Shown here: one piece after another, positions 12,601-23,700 of the stretch
Layout: each line of letters begins with the position of its first letter
Numbering within the stretch: position 1 is the first letter of the stretch
Assembly (NCBI GenBank): GCA_002633005.1
Contig: NMRA01000418.1
Location: 39,896 to 103,895, forward strand
Direction: 5' to 3'
Length of the DNA: 64,000 bases
DNA from: Phoronis australis
Taxonomy: Eukaryota > Animalia > Phoronida
Made by a program: the position numbers and the translations under genes
Notes under the pieces: generated by a model
What the model was told of the DNA's origin: nothing
The model's database searches: none
The model's input: the letters and a program-made list of their open reading frames with translations, nothing else

Positions 12601-15600
12601 GACCTTTTCTTGATTTTCATGCTTCATTGTGAGTAAATTCTTCTCTTGTACACAACTCCTAAAAAATAATCGCAGGCGGTCTGGTACACGTTGTACCAGA
12701 CGTTCACAGGCCGCGCATGTGGGCCCATTTTACTGATCACCTGGAAATATTTTTGTGCTTTATTAATATATAGTTAACACCGAGCTGAGGAGCTAGAAAC
12801 CCGACTCAAGGGTCTAGCAGTGTGGCCCGGTGGGACTCGAACCCACGACTTCGAGTAAAGAAGGCGGGCACCATCACACTAGGCCACACTGCCTCCTCTA
12901 CACAAATCCTACGTCTCAAAGGCTACTTCGACTAAAATTTAAAATAGTAAGCTTGCGAAGTGTTGCGAATATTGTCAGCCCAGACAGTGCGCAGCAATTC
13001 GACGTACGTTCTTTCGGAAATTTTGTCCGTTATCAGATTTTCACGCATCCTCGTAGTGGGATGGTTATCTGTGTATGTCTAAGTAATTGTAAAAGTTTGA
13101 CTGTTATTTATATTTCTCTTTCGTTTTGTTGTTTTGTCCAAATGCTGTGTTGCCCGTTCATTCGACGGCCTCATTAAGTTTCTATTTAGAATAACCAAAA
13201 ACATTAACTTCATGAAACTGACTGTAAAAAAGGCTCCCTTTCAGAAGTATTAAATACTAGATGGCCTGCTTGGAACAGGCCAACGAAGAAGCTCGACATG
13301 CGACCTCGACACATACACCCTTAAGTATAGTCTTATTTTTGCGTCATATGGTCACAATTTCCACCATATCTCATTAACTTCACAAATGACTATATTCGCT
13401 TACCCAGTTGGGCTCAAAGGCAGAACGACATCCGTTCAGCACCACTTACGTCCATTCAGGGACACAGTATTATCTTCCTGGTCCTATGTAAGCGTATTGT
13501 AATGTCATTGGGACAAATGCATAATACAGGTTGCCGTCTGTTGGTTAGTTGGACCGAATTAAAGTAAGAGAATTTATATTTTAAGGTCCCCACAGGATTT
13601 CCGAGTACTGGGCACAGGAATCTAGGTAAGACCATTACACTTTAAAGAGCTTCAGAATTAGTTGAATTTTGACAAATAATTGTTATCATTAATTTGTTCA
13701 TGTACTGTATGTATTTTTATGAAAATTTGGCAAACAGGAATCTATGAAGCAAGCGAATTTTCATGAACTTTGTGATGTGCTTTTCTAATAATTAAAGCTT
13801 TATACCGCTATGCTTAAGGAGATAAAAATTTGATTAGACATTTTACCTAATAAAAGTGGCCATACTATATTCTCTACCATGGCGAAATTCTATTTCCGTT
13901 AATGGCAACTCAAGAAAACGTGTCAGAGTTTATTGAAATTGACCAACTTCCGGTGCAGATTTACAAGTAAGTGATTTGAATTTTTAGTAAATTCGGCACT
14001 AATTTAAGATCGAATGAGCGTTGTAAGAGATTCACATTTGATAGTTAAAAAGCAGCGAAATATAGCTCTAAAGTAAAAGTAAATTAAATAAAATAGGTTT
14101 CATCTTTACGTATTCATAGAAACTGGTTCAGTTGAGAAACCGTAATTTTAGCGCTGTCCTATCCCAATAAACTATCAAACGCTTCTTTGATTCTTATCTC
14201 GAAAAATGAGACGGATTATACTAGTAAAACAGGTCTCATTTTGTTTTTGGGTGATGTGAATCTTTGTTTTTGGGTCTGTATGGCGATGTGCTTTCTAGCG
14301 ACCAACTCTCTGTTCGGATCTTTATGAAATATTGACATTCCTGTTCCTAGTGGGAATAGCACAGCTGACGACAGATTTTAGACTCGTAGTAGCAAACTTA
14401 TCATTGTCAGACTGGATATATTCCAAGTTCCTCCTCAGATTATCATGAAGTTTCGTTTGTGTTTCTTTTGAGAAGATATTGGGACCATAAACCCGACTAA
14501 TGTGGAGTACGCCAGAGACAATTTTGGTTTTCTTTGCCCTTGTCTGGATATCTACCAAGTTCCTTGATGCATGTTCATAAGTAGGACAAATGAGGGGAAA
14601 ACAGCACCTTGTTTCAGTCACATTTGGCATCACGCTGAGCTTCATCGTGACATTTTATTATTTTGCGTTTGTTCTTCATGGTTCTCTTCCCTGTACTTGA
14701 AACTGTTTGAATAATCAGCTGAGGGGGTTCCTATTTGAAAAACACAGGTTATATTAAGATTCCTGTCAGTTCATGCTACCTGTAGTGGAAAAGTTAAAAT
14801 TGATGATCACCAGTCGTGGCTGTGCTGTGTGCCATGCACAGGCCTACGGTGAGAGTAAATGTTTTTTATAACTGCTCTTGTAGACGATGCTGTCGCGGAC
14901 TTACTCGAGTCGCTTGGGCTGCAGGCGCACGCTCCGGCATTCGAAAGAGAACAAATTACAACGCAATCTCTCGCAGAACTTACTATTGAGGATTTGACTT
15001 TGAGGCTTGGTAAATATTTCTTAGGTTACACCCAATTTCTGACTGTGCTTATTATGCATTATGTTCGTACAAGCTTACAGCTAAATTGCCTGGCCTGTAT
15101 TCAAAGAGACACATCTAAAATGGCTGTTAAGGTATACCTCTAGGGAGGTCATCTTACGATGTACTATATTCTGAAGGTGTCATTAACCGTACCCCTGTCC
15201 AAGTTGTACCACAAAGATGTGTTTGCATTCTCCTAACCATGATAACGTACATGTATAGCAGCAACTAAAGGACTATGATATTTTAATATAATATACATGC
15301 ACACTAAACAGTGTGCAGTTATATTGACTGCTAATTTGTAAACGTGAAAACAAAAGCTCTACAAACAGGTGACCTCTGCACTAATGACGTACCTTGCGGG
15401 CTCATATAGCTTGCATCATGCAGTACTGTTCTCCAGCATCACATCACGATGCTAAATGGACACGGTTCAGGGATTTTCGGTTGATAATTTTCGCCACGAA
15501 ACTCGTTCTTAAAAACATTTGGCAATTTCCAACCAATTTCATAATCACATCGTCGCTTTTGTTGTGTTTTTAACCAAATTTGGTCACGTGATGACAGAGA

Positions 15601-16565
15601 TAAGGAACTAGCGTGCAAATGCCACTTTAAAGAAAATATAGGACTGAGTTACACCACTGGCCGGCAAAAACAAGGGCTGCTGGTAGTGGACGTTGAGGTT
15701 ATCTTCAGGTCAATCATCTGCACCGCACACGGCGGTATGCCACAACGAAATGTAATTACTGTAGTGAGACTGATTGCGTAATTGGCAAACCTATCAGGTG
15801 GTACACACATCAACATGTTCTCACTCACCGGTCGGATACATGTATGAAAACATCTACATCGAAGAAGCAGCACAAGAAATTCCTTTGCACTGAGTCCAAA
15901 CTCACAATAAAGTTACAATCATTTGTGCCTCACTTTGAAACGTTGATATTCCAGTCAAAAATTGCTTTCTTTAAAACGATCCTACTCGACATAAGGAATA
16001 ATCCAGGTAGCCTATCCTTGAGGTTTGTGATACATCAGGTACATGGGTTCTAAATTTTAGGTGTATTCTCACGCGCAGATATCCCTCAGAAATGACTGGT
16101 CCTTAGCCTAAGAAAGGAGTCCCGAGATTCACTTCATATGGGTTTTGAGGATGAACTCATAAACAGCAAGATAAAATGTTCTGCTTCGGTGTAGTTTAAG
16201 ATATACTGTGAACGTAAAATGTCACCTTCAATACGGGTCCCCAACTCCTTGTATCTTAACGTACACACATGTTGACAGGTGTGCCTCTTGGACCAAGCAG
16301 AATGATGCTGAAAAGGATAAGAACGTTGGGTCTACACGAGCAAGTCGACACTAACCAGGTTCTAGGCGGCGCCTACTCCGACGTGGGACCCCCTGTTTAT
16401 CAGGAAGCCGTGGACGTGGCATACGTCAATGCGGCACAAACGCCTGTTTATGAAGGACTTGCAGATAGCACAAAAGGCGCACAAGGAGACTATGCTACAC
16501 TACAAGGAGCGACTATGGGAGACAAGCCAAGCGAATACGAAACTATGATGAAAACTTCCCAGTGA
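3313..16565 (+). CDS. Gene 1: multi-exon Ig-superfamily single-pass receptor with cytoplasmic SAM domain and Tyr-motif tail (5' exons not seen in window)
   Basis: Phase-compatible AG/GT exons: 3313-3633, 6805-7110, 7932-7982, 9157-9189, 11234-11378, 12147-12220, 14884-15009, 16279-16565. They join into one open frame: Ig, Ig, S/T stalk, TM, SAM, Tyr tail. Confidence 0.85.
4600..6400. mobile_element. Decayed ISL2EU/Harbinger-type transposon in gene 1 intron (boundaries approximate)
   Basis: Plus strand: a THAP-like RLCSEH (~4680) and a frameshifted transposase C-terminus SIRRLKHF/IILPVSNTKSVD/LIVCAWLVNL (~5460-5570). Minus strand: a YqaJ-like FTGNYFTKKGSLNEVKA...AGLSVAPSGNWLAG/PDGI (6088-6288). 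The layout is convergent, as in the intact element at 33481-39990. Confidence 0.6.
6805..7110 (+). CDS. Gene 1 exon: second Ig-like domain
   Basis: CAG acceptor and G|GTTGGT donor, phase 1-1. VSLTC...PNPAPHEYKWY...VYVCNASN is an Ig I/C2 pattern. Confidence 0.88.
7932..7982 (+). CDS. Gene 1 stalk mini-exon (AKPTSRTPSVDTTTFEE)
   Basis: TTGTTTATAG acceptor, A|GTAAGC donor, 51 nt, phase 1-1, rich in Ser/Thr/Pro. Confidence 0.7.
9157..9189 (+). CDS. Gene 1 stalk micro-exon (ISTKTILGQTT)
   Basis: TTTTTCGTTTTAG acceptor, CAG|GTAACT donor, 33 nt, phase 1-1. Confidence 0.6.
11234..11378 (+). CDS. Gene 1 transmembrane exon
   Basis: Reads VPNPHKGLTDAAVAGIVISVCLVVIVLIVLLVILIRRGIILLPCTGGN: a hydrophobic helix followed by an RR stop-transfer. 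TTTCTAG acceptor, AG|GTATTT donor. This frame is absent from the ORF track. Confidence 0.88.
12147..12220 (+). CDS. Gene 1 juxtamembrane cytoplasmic exon (..DTVTYVN)
   Basis: GCAG acceptor in phase 2 matches the TM exon. A donor at 12221 (GTATGG) gives the phase 1 needed by the SAM exon. An alternative donor GTGAGT lies at 12226. Confidence 0.6.
12817..12896 (-). mobile_element. tRNA-derived SINE head / tRNA-like pseudogene
   Basis: Minus strand has an A box (GTGGCCTAGTG) and a B box (GGGTTCGAGTCCC). No canonical anticodon arm is evident. Confidence 0.6.
14884..15009 (+). CDS. Gene 1 SAM domain, N-terminal exon
   Basis: DDAVADLLESLGLQAHAPAFEREQITTQSLAELTIEDLTLRLG matches the SAM pattern V..L.SLGL..Y...F..E.I....L..LT.EDL..LG. 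TAG acceptor, G|GTAAAT donor. Confidence 0.88.
16279..16565 (+). CDS. Gene 1 last exon: SAM helix 5 plus Tyr-rich signalling tail
   Basis: GVPLGPSRMMLKRIRTL completes the SAM domain. It is followed by YSDV, YQEA, YVNA, YEGL, YATL, YETM and a TGA stop. Confidence 0.88.
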
Positions 16566-17260
16566 AGATAGTATTACTGAAGGTCTCCTTGGTCATTAAC
16601 AATTTGAACTTCCATACACAACTGAACAGCGTTGCTGTAGATAGGTTACATTCGGACAAAGAAAACATGAGATGAGCTTTCCCAACTTACTGACTCACTC
16701 ACGATTTCTGCCATTTTTTGCACAAACATTTGAGACAATCTTAGAACTAGGTGATCTGTTTCGGCCGGGATCGCTTAATGAAGCGCATAATTATCAGTAA
16801 CTATTCATCCGCCGTCGTTTTTAAAGACAACTGATACTTGACTTTATTGTTGAGTAAAATTACACCAGGCAGCTTACGTTGCCCTTGGCCTTCCTTCTCA
16901 GTACTTTTGAAGATCTCTCACAAGGCCATGAAAAAACAAATGAATCGCTGTGTTTAACAAAACTCAAATGTATATGCAAATGCCATTCGTCTGTACGCCC
17001 TGATGTATACCCCGCTTGCAAATGTACATGTATATGTAGAATGAATTCAAGACAATGTATCGCAGGGGTGTGAATGTAGATAACCTATTAATGCCATACA
17101 TGCATATTTGAACTTATTTGCAAGGCGCCAATGTGTAGTTGATATGTACTTTGGCTTTCTGTTCTTTGACGTCATATATATGTCAAGCATACCCGCGTCG
17201 GTTAAGCGACAAGAGTGTCCGTGATGTTGAATAACTCGTGAAGTTTTATTTCGTACCGTC

Positions 17261-17266
17261 AATAAA
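17261..17266 (+). promoter_or_regulatory. Candidate polyadenylation signal of gene 1
   Basis: AATAAA about 700 nt after the stop codon, followed by T/GT-rich sequence. Confidence 0.35.
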
Positions 17267-18499
17267 TTTGTAAGAATTGTCATTTTGTGATTCAGAAATA
17301 CTCAAGTTAAAACAATGAACCATGCAATGATAACATAAAATTGTCAGAAACTTAGAAACAACCCATTCCGGAATATAAAAATTGAAACATTAACAGAAGA
17401 ATTGTGTGCTTTTAGCTTCGATGGAATTCTTAATTTTGTAGGTGTGATTACGTCTTAGCTTCTCTAATGGAAGTAGTAAGTAGCCCCCCTGTTGGCCAAA
17501 GCACTAGTAAATAGCGGTGGAAACTGTACGGGTTGGGAGGACTTGAGGGGAGAACTGTAGAGTAAACCTAAAGCAGATTTTATGATACGCATCTAAAGGG
17601 AGTCGAGGAACGGTGCGAGCAGACGCCTTTGTCAAGAAAAAAACATACTCGATAGTAATTTAAAATTTCCTGTAAATACGTTATTTTTTCTCAGTTGTTC
17701 TGCATGTATCCATTCAATTAGATTTTGGTTGGTTTTGTTGGAGACGCTATGTAATAAGCAGATTTTGCCTGGTTTTGTTTGAGACGCTATGTGCTAAGCA
17801 ATGTATGATTGCCCAGATTAAAACTAGCATGGCTAGAGGCGTGGAACGCGAAAGCTTGTCAAAATTTATTTTAAAAAATTCATGTGGTTACCACTTATGA
17901 TAAATGCGCGCATGCACTCACTGTCAGTTGCGTGAAGTGATTTGAGGTCAAAGGTCCCATGAAAAAGAAATGTGCTAGGTCTATGTCTTGGCCTTCTACC
18001 GAATAAGGAGACGTGCTTTGCCTTGTGGAAGAAAAATCGACGAAGTGGCGAGCAGTTGACAGACTGTTTCTTTTGAAAATTGAAACTAAAAATACTTTGA
18101 TGTCAACACAAATTAAAAATCTTTTCGCACAAACCCTAAAATTACCTGGTGAGCAGGTTCAATTCCTCTTCAGTGGCAAAGAACCACTTTCGATGTTGCA
18201 ATTTAGTCTGTTTATTGCGTTTCAGGCCTCTTTACAGCCTGATGACTGTCCGTCGGAATTTTCATCGACTTAAAGTTTATAGGTTTTACAGCAGTAAAAC
18301 TACTTTTTCGAGAACGACGCCTTGAATGAGCGTTTCAGGTAACCCACTTAAGGCAAAATTGCCGTTGTACACGAAAATTTCGAATTTATTCAATCAGGAA
18401 AATATACAGACACCAACCACGCCCAGACTCAATGCTTTATACGGCTTTCCATGCTCAATTCTTATTATTGAGCGTTATAGCAGAGCTTCTCAGAAACAT

Positions 18500-19300
18500 A
18501 TTTCCTTTGGTCATTGAAGTGTTTAAAATCTCCACTTGTGTATCAAAATAACAAAAAACCCCACCAGTCGACCAGCAGTCAAATTACAAGACCCGCAAAA
18601 TCTATCTGGCGATATGTTAAAAGGATAACAAATCCATTTTGTCGATTTCAACCAATTCTCATTCCGTCACCGGCGCATGCATCATTTGCGTCCCACATGA
18701 GTAGTAAAGCGCATGATTTAACTAAAAACTCATATTCTCTGTGTCATACACTGAAAATTATGGTTCAAGATGGGTGGCCTTTACCTACAGTAACTCGTCT
18801 AATGCGTAGGTCACGCTTGTCCCCTTTGTGCGGAGTTCTCAAATTTATTTCCAAACTGTTGAGGTTTGTCGATGACTACAGAGAATTATTTTATTGATGA
18901 AGAATGGATGGGAAGGTCGTTTCCAGTATCTGTTAATATGACAAAACCGAGTTTGGTATACTTTTAATTCGCTGATCTCCATTAATGAGAATTGATTGGT
19001 CGATACATATTACGCAGAATAGATACAACCAATAATAGCATTATTCATCTTCCACTGCGTTTAGGTTGATCAGTCGTGCGACATTGCTGCTGGTTTTCCA
19101 TGGATTATGGTATACATATTAAACAATGGAGCTGTGTGTTTGACAGTTGTGACAACTCAGTAGCTGACCAAGCTGTGACTCTATTCACTTTCGGGTCATC
19201 AGAAAAGCGTCTACATAGCACGAGATTTAACATGAAGCTCGCATATTGGTGGAAATTCCACACTTGAGCTCGGTACTTTCTTTCGTCATACTCAAGTCCG
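18500..19300 (+). mobile_element. Highly degenerate non-LTR retrotransposon (CR1/L2-like) fragment
   Basis: PAKSIWRYVKR resembles the PK.FW.Y.K motif upstream of CR1/L2 reverse transcriptase. Many stops. Confidence 0.3.
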
Positions 19301-20701
19301 TGGAGTTCACTTTCAATTGAAGTCACTTTTCTTTTATAATTTAGTTTTTGCGATATTGAGTTCACGGTGGTGTTATGCAGTGACCTAAAAGAAGGTTCGA
19401 TCTTTTTCACAATGTAGTCACTTGCAAAAGCAAGCTTTAATTAAAACGGTGTCTTCTTGAAAAATCGGAAATTCCCAGTTTGTTTTCGGAAAGCTATGAT
19501 GCCGTAGTGCGAATATAAGCGTCGACTGAACTTAGGCACACTCAGACAAAAAGTTTCCTTTTACCAATGAGCTTCAGCAGTTATAGCTCATTGGTCGTAA
19601 GTACCTTCGGTACGCATACAAACGTATAATCTGGGATTGTCTTGCGGAATATCTTCATGAAATCTAGAGCTTAGCAAAACCATGTGTTTCCATATAGTTT
19701 TACATTTGTATTTCAAAGTTTCTACATAACAGTGGATGCAACACTTGAATGAATATCAGCATCAACAGCAAATTACAAGAAACCATCTAGAAAAAGACCT
19801 AACATTAACATTTCAAGCGAAGCCAACATAATGAAATAACAAGAATTACCCGAAAAACTAGCAGAATAATAAGCAAAACACTTACAGTAAACTGTAATAA
19901 CAATTAACATGTTCATCAAACAAGTAACATTTGAACATCATAACAACAAATTACAACACGGATGTGAAAAAACTAGGTTCATGAAAAACACAAGTTAGTT
20001 TCTCAAAGCACTACGTGTTTTCCTCAACAATAGAAAGCAATACAATTTTAGCAAAGGAGTGCTTTATTCTGCGCTTTTGCGAGGTTTGCGGTAAAGTAAT
20101 GCCACAAATCAGATGGAATGTCCAAATGACTAACAAGCAAAATAAACAGAGTGAATCTCACAAACAACACCTTCATCAAACAAAAAAATGAACTAACATT
20201 AACAATTAACAATCATCAAAGAAATAATAAATTGACATTACATAAAAAATATATGAATTTTTTATGTGGAACACAACACGGTTCAACGAAAAATAGACGT
20301 TAGGTTCTAAAAACAATAGGTATATAGCTGAGCACTAGAATAATACCGTTTTAACATTAAAGTACTTCATTGTCTGCCTCCGCTACGGTTGCCCATTATA
20401 AATCAGTTGGAAAGCCCAAAGAAGTAACAAGCAAAAGTCAGTAAAATCTAATAACAATTAATTAATAACAATCAAATAGCCATTGAAAATCGTCAGGCAT
20501 GTACTGTAAAAATAAATTGTGATTCATGAAAAACAAATTTTAAGTTATCAAGTCAACAAGCAACTAGATCACTGCGGAGAATTGAAAAAATAATGTTTTA
20601 GCTTTGGAGTTCATTGTTTACTGTCTTTGGGGTGTAGAAAATCAGCTGGAATGTTCAACATAAAAACTGGAACAGGGCTTGTCTTTGATGACTTCAAAGC
20701 T

Positions 20702-20784
20702 TTAAAAGGGGGTGATCATCGCCATCACACCAAAGGCTGCCCCGAGTAGGATTTTGTTTGGAATATCGTCGCATCCAACCGACA
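20702..20784 (-). CDS. Gene 2 last exon: GPI-anchor-signal-like peptide
   Basis: Branch point and acceptor CTGACCTCTTTTTGCAG. Phase 1 reading VSVGCDDIPNKILLGAAFGVMAMITPF*: small residues, a spacer, a hydrophobic C-terminus and no cytoplasmic tail. Confidence 0.7.
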
Positions 20785-23700
20785 CTGCAAAAAGAGGTCA
20801 GTAGCATGTACACATATTTTAAGATTTTTAATAAAATAGCTGAAAACAGAACAACGGTAAACCTCACACTGTAATCAATATTCTTAAAACAACTTCAATC
20901 TCGCCAGCCCTCTCAATACGACGCACATTAAAGAACAGGGTGGGTTATGTCAGCTTCTTAAAAACCCAACTCTGTTTGAGGAAGACATTGAATTGGTGTT
21001 CATGTGAATCACTTGCAGTAAACTGAAATTAACACAGGATTATCAAAGATAAAAACATTTTTTGCCCAGGGGTTGAGCAAACTTAGAAGTGATAACGGAC
21101 TGGAAACTGTCGAACTAACAAGTTGTAAAGACACTTCAAGTTTGATACAGGACCTGAAACAGGATGAAAGGGACGAAAGGTTTTGGTAGGTTGCAGGTTG
21201 GACGTGCCCATTCAGCTGGTACCGAGGTCTAATGTATTAGGGTAGAATGCTTAGTCGGTGCCAGCGTGGGGCTGTGCAAGACGAAGTTTATGTTTTAATG
21301 CAAGGTCCTGCTTATATCGAACAGATATCATCAATACATTCAACAGACTGTGGAATATGGGATACTGTAAAGTGGGAAAGGGTCCCCTAAATCTGCCTAC
21401 ACATTGTCAACAATGTTAACCCATGAGTAACGAAGAAGCCAAAACTCGATAGACTCGCTGGTTATTGCCAAGACCTGCTTATCAGAAGTAATACCATTTA
21501 TTACTCATCCTCTTCATTGATCACAGTTGCATAGTTTCTAATGCGAAAGACACTGGCAATGTATTGTATTCGGGCAAACGTTTGAAAAGAGATTAAAACA
21601 AAACTGATCAGTCAACCTAACTTTTGTTCTTCAGAAATGGGGACGTTATAAATAGGTTGAAGGGTAAGTTAGTTTTAGTAGATTGTATTTGATGCAACTG
21701 TTCTGATATCTATCAATTTAGTTTGGATACATCACACATTCAAGTTAATTTATATGTAATTTAGGAAGCATCAGAGTAATTTATTTTATAGCCAAGTTTC
21801 CATTCTGAGTTATCGGCAATAAAATTGAATGAATTGCGCTTCTTTAAATTGTCCAATGACATACACATTGATAATTTGAAAAGTATATTTTGGGAATTTG
21901 CTAAGATTAGAATAATTGGAAGCAACATGAAGTCAGGTTACTGCCCAGAGCCACAGCTGTAAACTAGAAAGATCATTGTCACAGCGTGACAATAATGGAC
22001 AATGTCTACATGTATGTGTATTAAAGAAATTGTTATGGGAAGTTACTGACAGCAACCCTTTAACAATTTGAAAAGGAATTCTTTAAAATGGGATGAGGGA
22101 ATAATTGTAAACTCGATTAAAAGTGTGATTAGTGCTAAGAATCACAGATGTTTCACTTTAAGCACTTTAGAATAGAACATGAATGAATTGGTCAAACTTT
22201 CAGAAGAAAAATGCACCTAATGACCCCATGGGTGCACCAAATGACCTGATAATTTAGGATTCAAACTCAATCACATCATGTAATTTTAAAGTCTCTAGCT
22301 CAAAATTTTAGTTTGCACTCAGTGACCTTCGTCCTATTTTTCTGATTGGTTAGGCCTATTGCACAGTAAAGTAGAATGTTCGATTGGCATGGTGAATGAC
22401 ACCAGTGTCCTGAACCTGAAAAGAATTCCTTGGAAAATGTAGGGGATATAACATTTTGAACGTTAGATGACCTTTGCACTAATTGACACTATACGGTGCA
22501 TTCTAAGCGTCTAGAAGAAGCATTGCAAAGCCCGTGAAAAGCGTGTTTAATGCAGAGAATCACAGTTGTCTAACAGTTGACACATCAGAATACTTGGTGA
22601 ATGAAAAGGTCAAATTTTCAGAAGAAAAATGCACCTAATGACCCCATGTTTGCACTAAATTTCCTGAAACTTTGAATTACACTGTACCTATGCTAATCAG
22701 ACCTGTGAATTTGAAGTGTTTAGCTCAAAATCTTAGTTTGCACCTAATGACCTTTGACTTGTTTAACCTGATTGGATGACTCAATTACTTAGAAAAGTAT
22801 TTTTTTAATTTGCCTTATTGACTTATACCTGTGTACCAAATTTGAAAAGAATAGCTTTGAAAATAAAGGAGTTGCATTTTGACCTTTGCATCAAGTGACC
22901 ACTTCCGGTGCAATATGGAATATGATTATATAATGAATCAAAATTTATGTACTGTCAAAAATGATATGCTGAATTTAAAGAACGTAGCTGCACCCAGCTT
23001 GCAGTTATTAAGCCTCATAGTTGGTCGGAAGAAGAATAAGAATAAGAAGAATGAGAATAAGAAGAATAAGAATAAGAAGAATGAGAATCAGAAGAATAAG
23101 AATAAGAAGAATAAGAATAAGAAGAATAAGAATAAGAAGAATGAGAATCAGAAGAATAAGAATAAGAATAAGAATAAGAAGAATAAGAATAAGAAGAATG
23201 AGAATCAGAAGAATAAGAATAAGAAGAATAAGAATAAAATTGAAGAAAACCCAGTAACAACAGTACTCTGCACTTGCACGCGCAGAGTAAATACACATGT
23301 ATGCAAAGGTGAACCTGCACCTGTACACTCTGAAGAACATGTACTCTGAATGCTTATCATTTCTGACTTAAGGTTTTCGATTTCCCCAAATAGTTCCATG
23401 GCATAAATGGTGGACACGAAGCCAAATGTCATTTTGAAGGAATTGACACTGCCAACTGCAACAAACAGTATAGGGAATGCGCACAACACCCAGACTGTGG
23501 CAGTACGATGCCCGTGAATGGTTGCAGCAGTGCGCTATTATTTTAATTAATATCATACATCAATGCAAATTATCTTACACAATTCATTAATGTCAACCAT
23601 ATTTTATAAATATCATATATAAACAAGAATAACCTGATCCACCACTATTCTATTGATTATTGGCATAAATCGTATTTATGTGTGGCAGCAAATGAAAATC

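Noticed and set aside
13388-13487. Extra cytoplasmic exon of gene 1
   Set aside because: A donor GTAAGC exists, but the acceptor and phase options are ambiguous and the peptide is uninformative.
19720-20560. A/C-skewed low-complexity tract as a satellite
   Set aside because: No clear period. It is compatible with a U-rich 3' UTR of gene 2.
22879-23349. Lys/Asn-, Arg/Ile-, Leu/Ile- and Ser/Tyr-rich ORFs on both strands
   Set aside because: They are translations of the (AAGAAT)n microsatellite.
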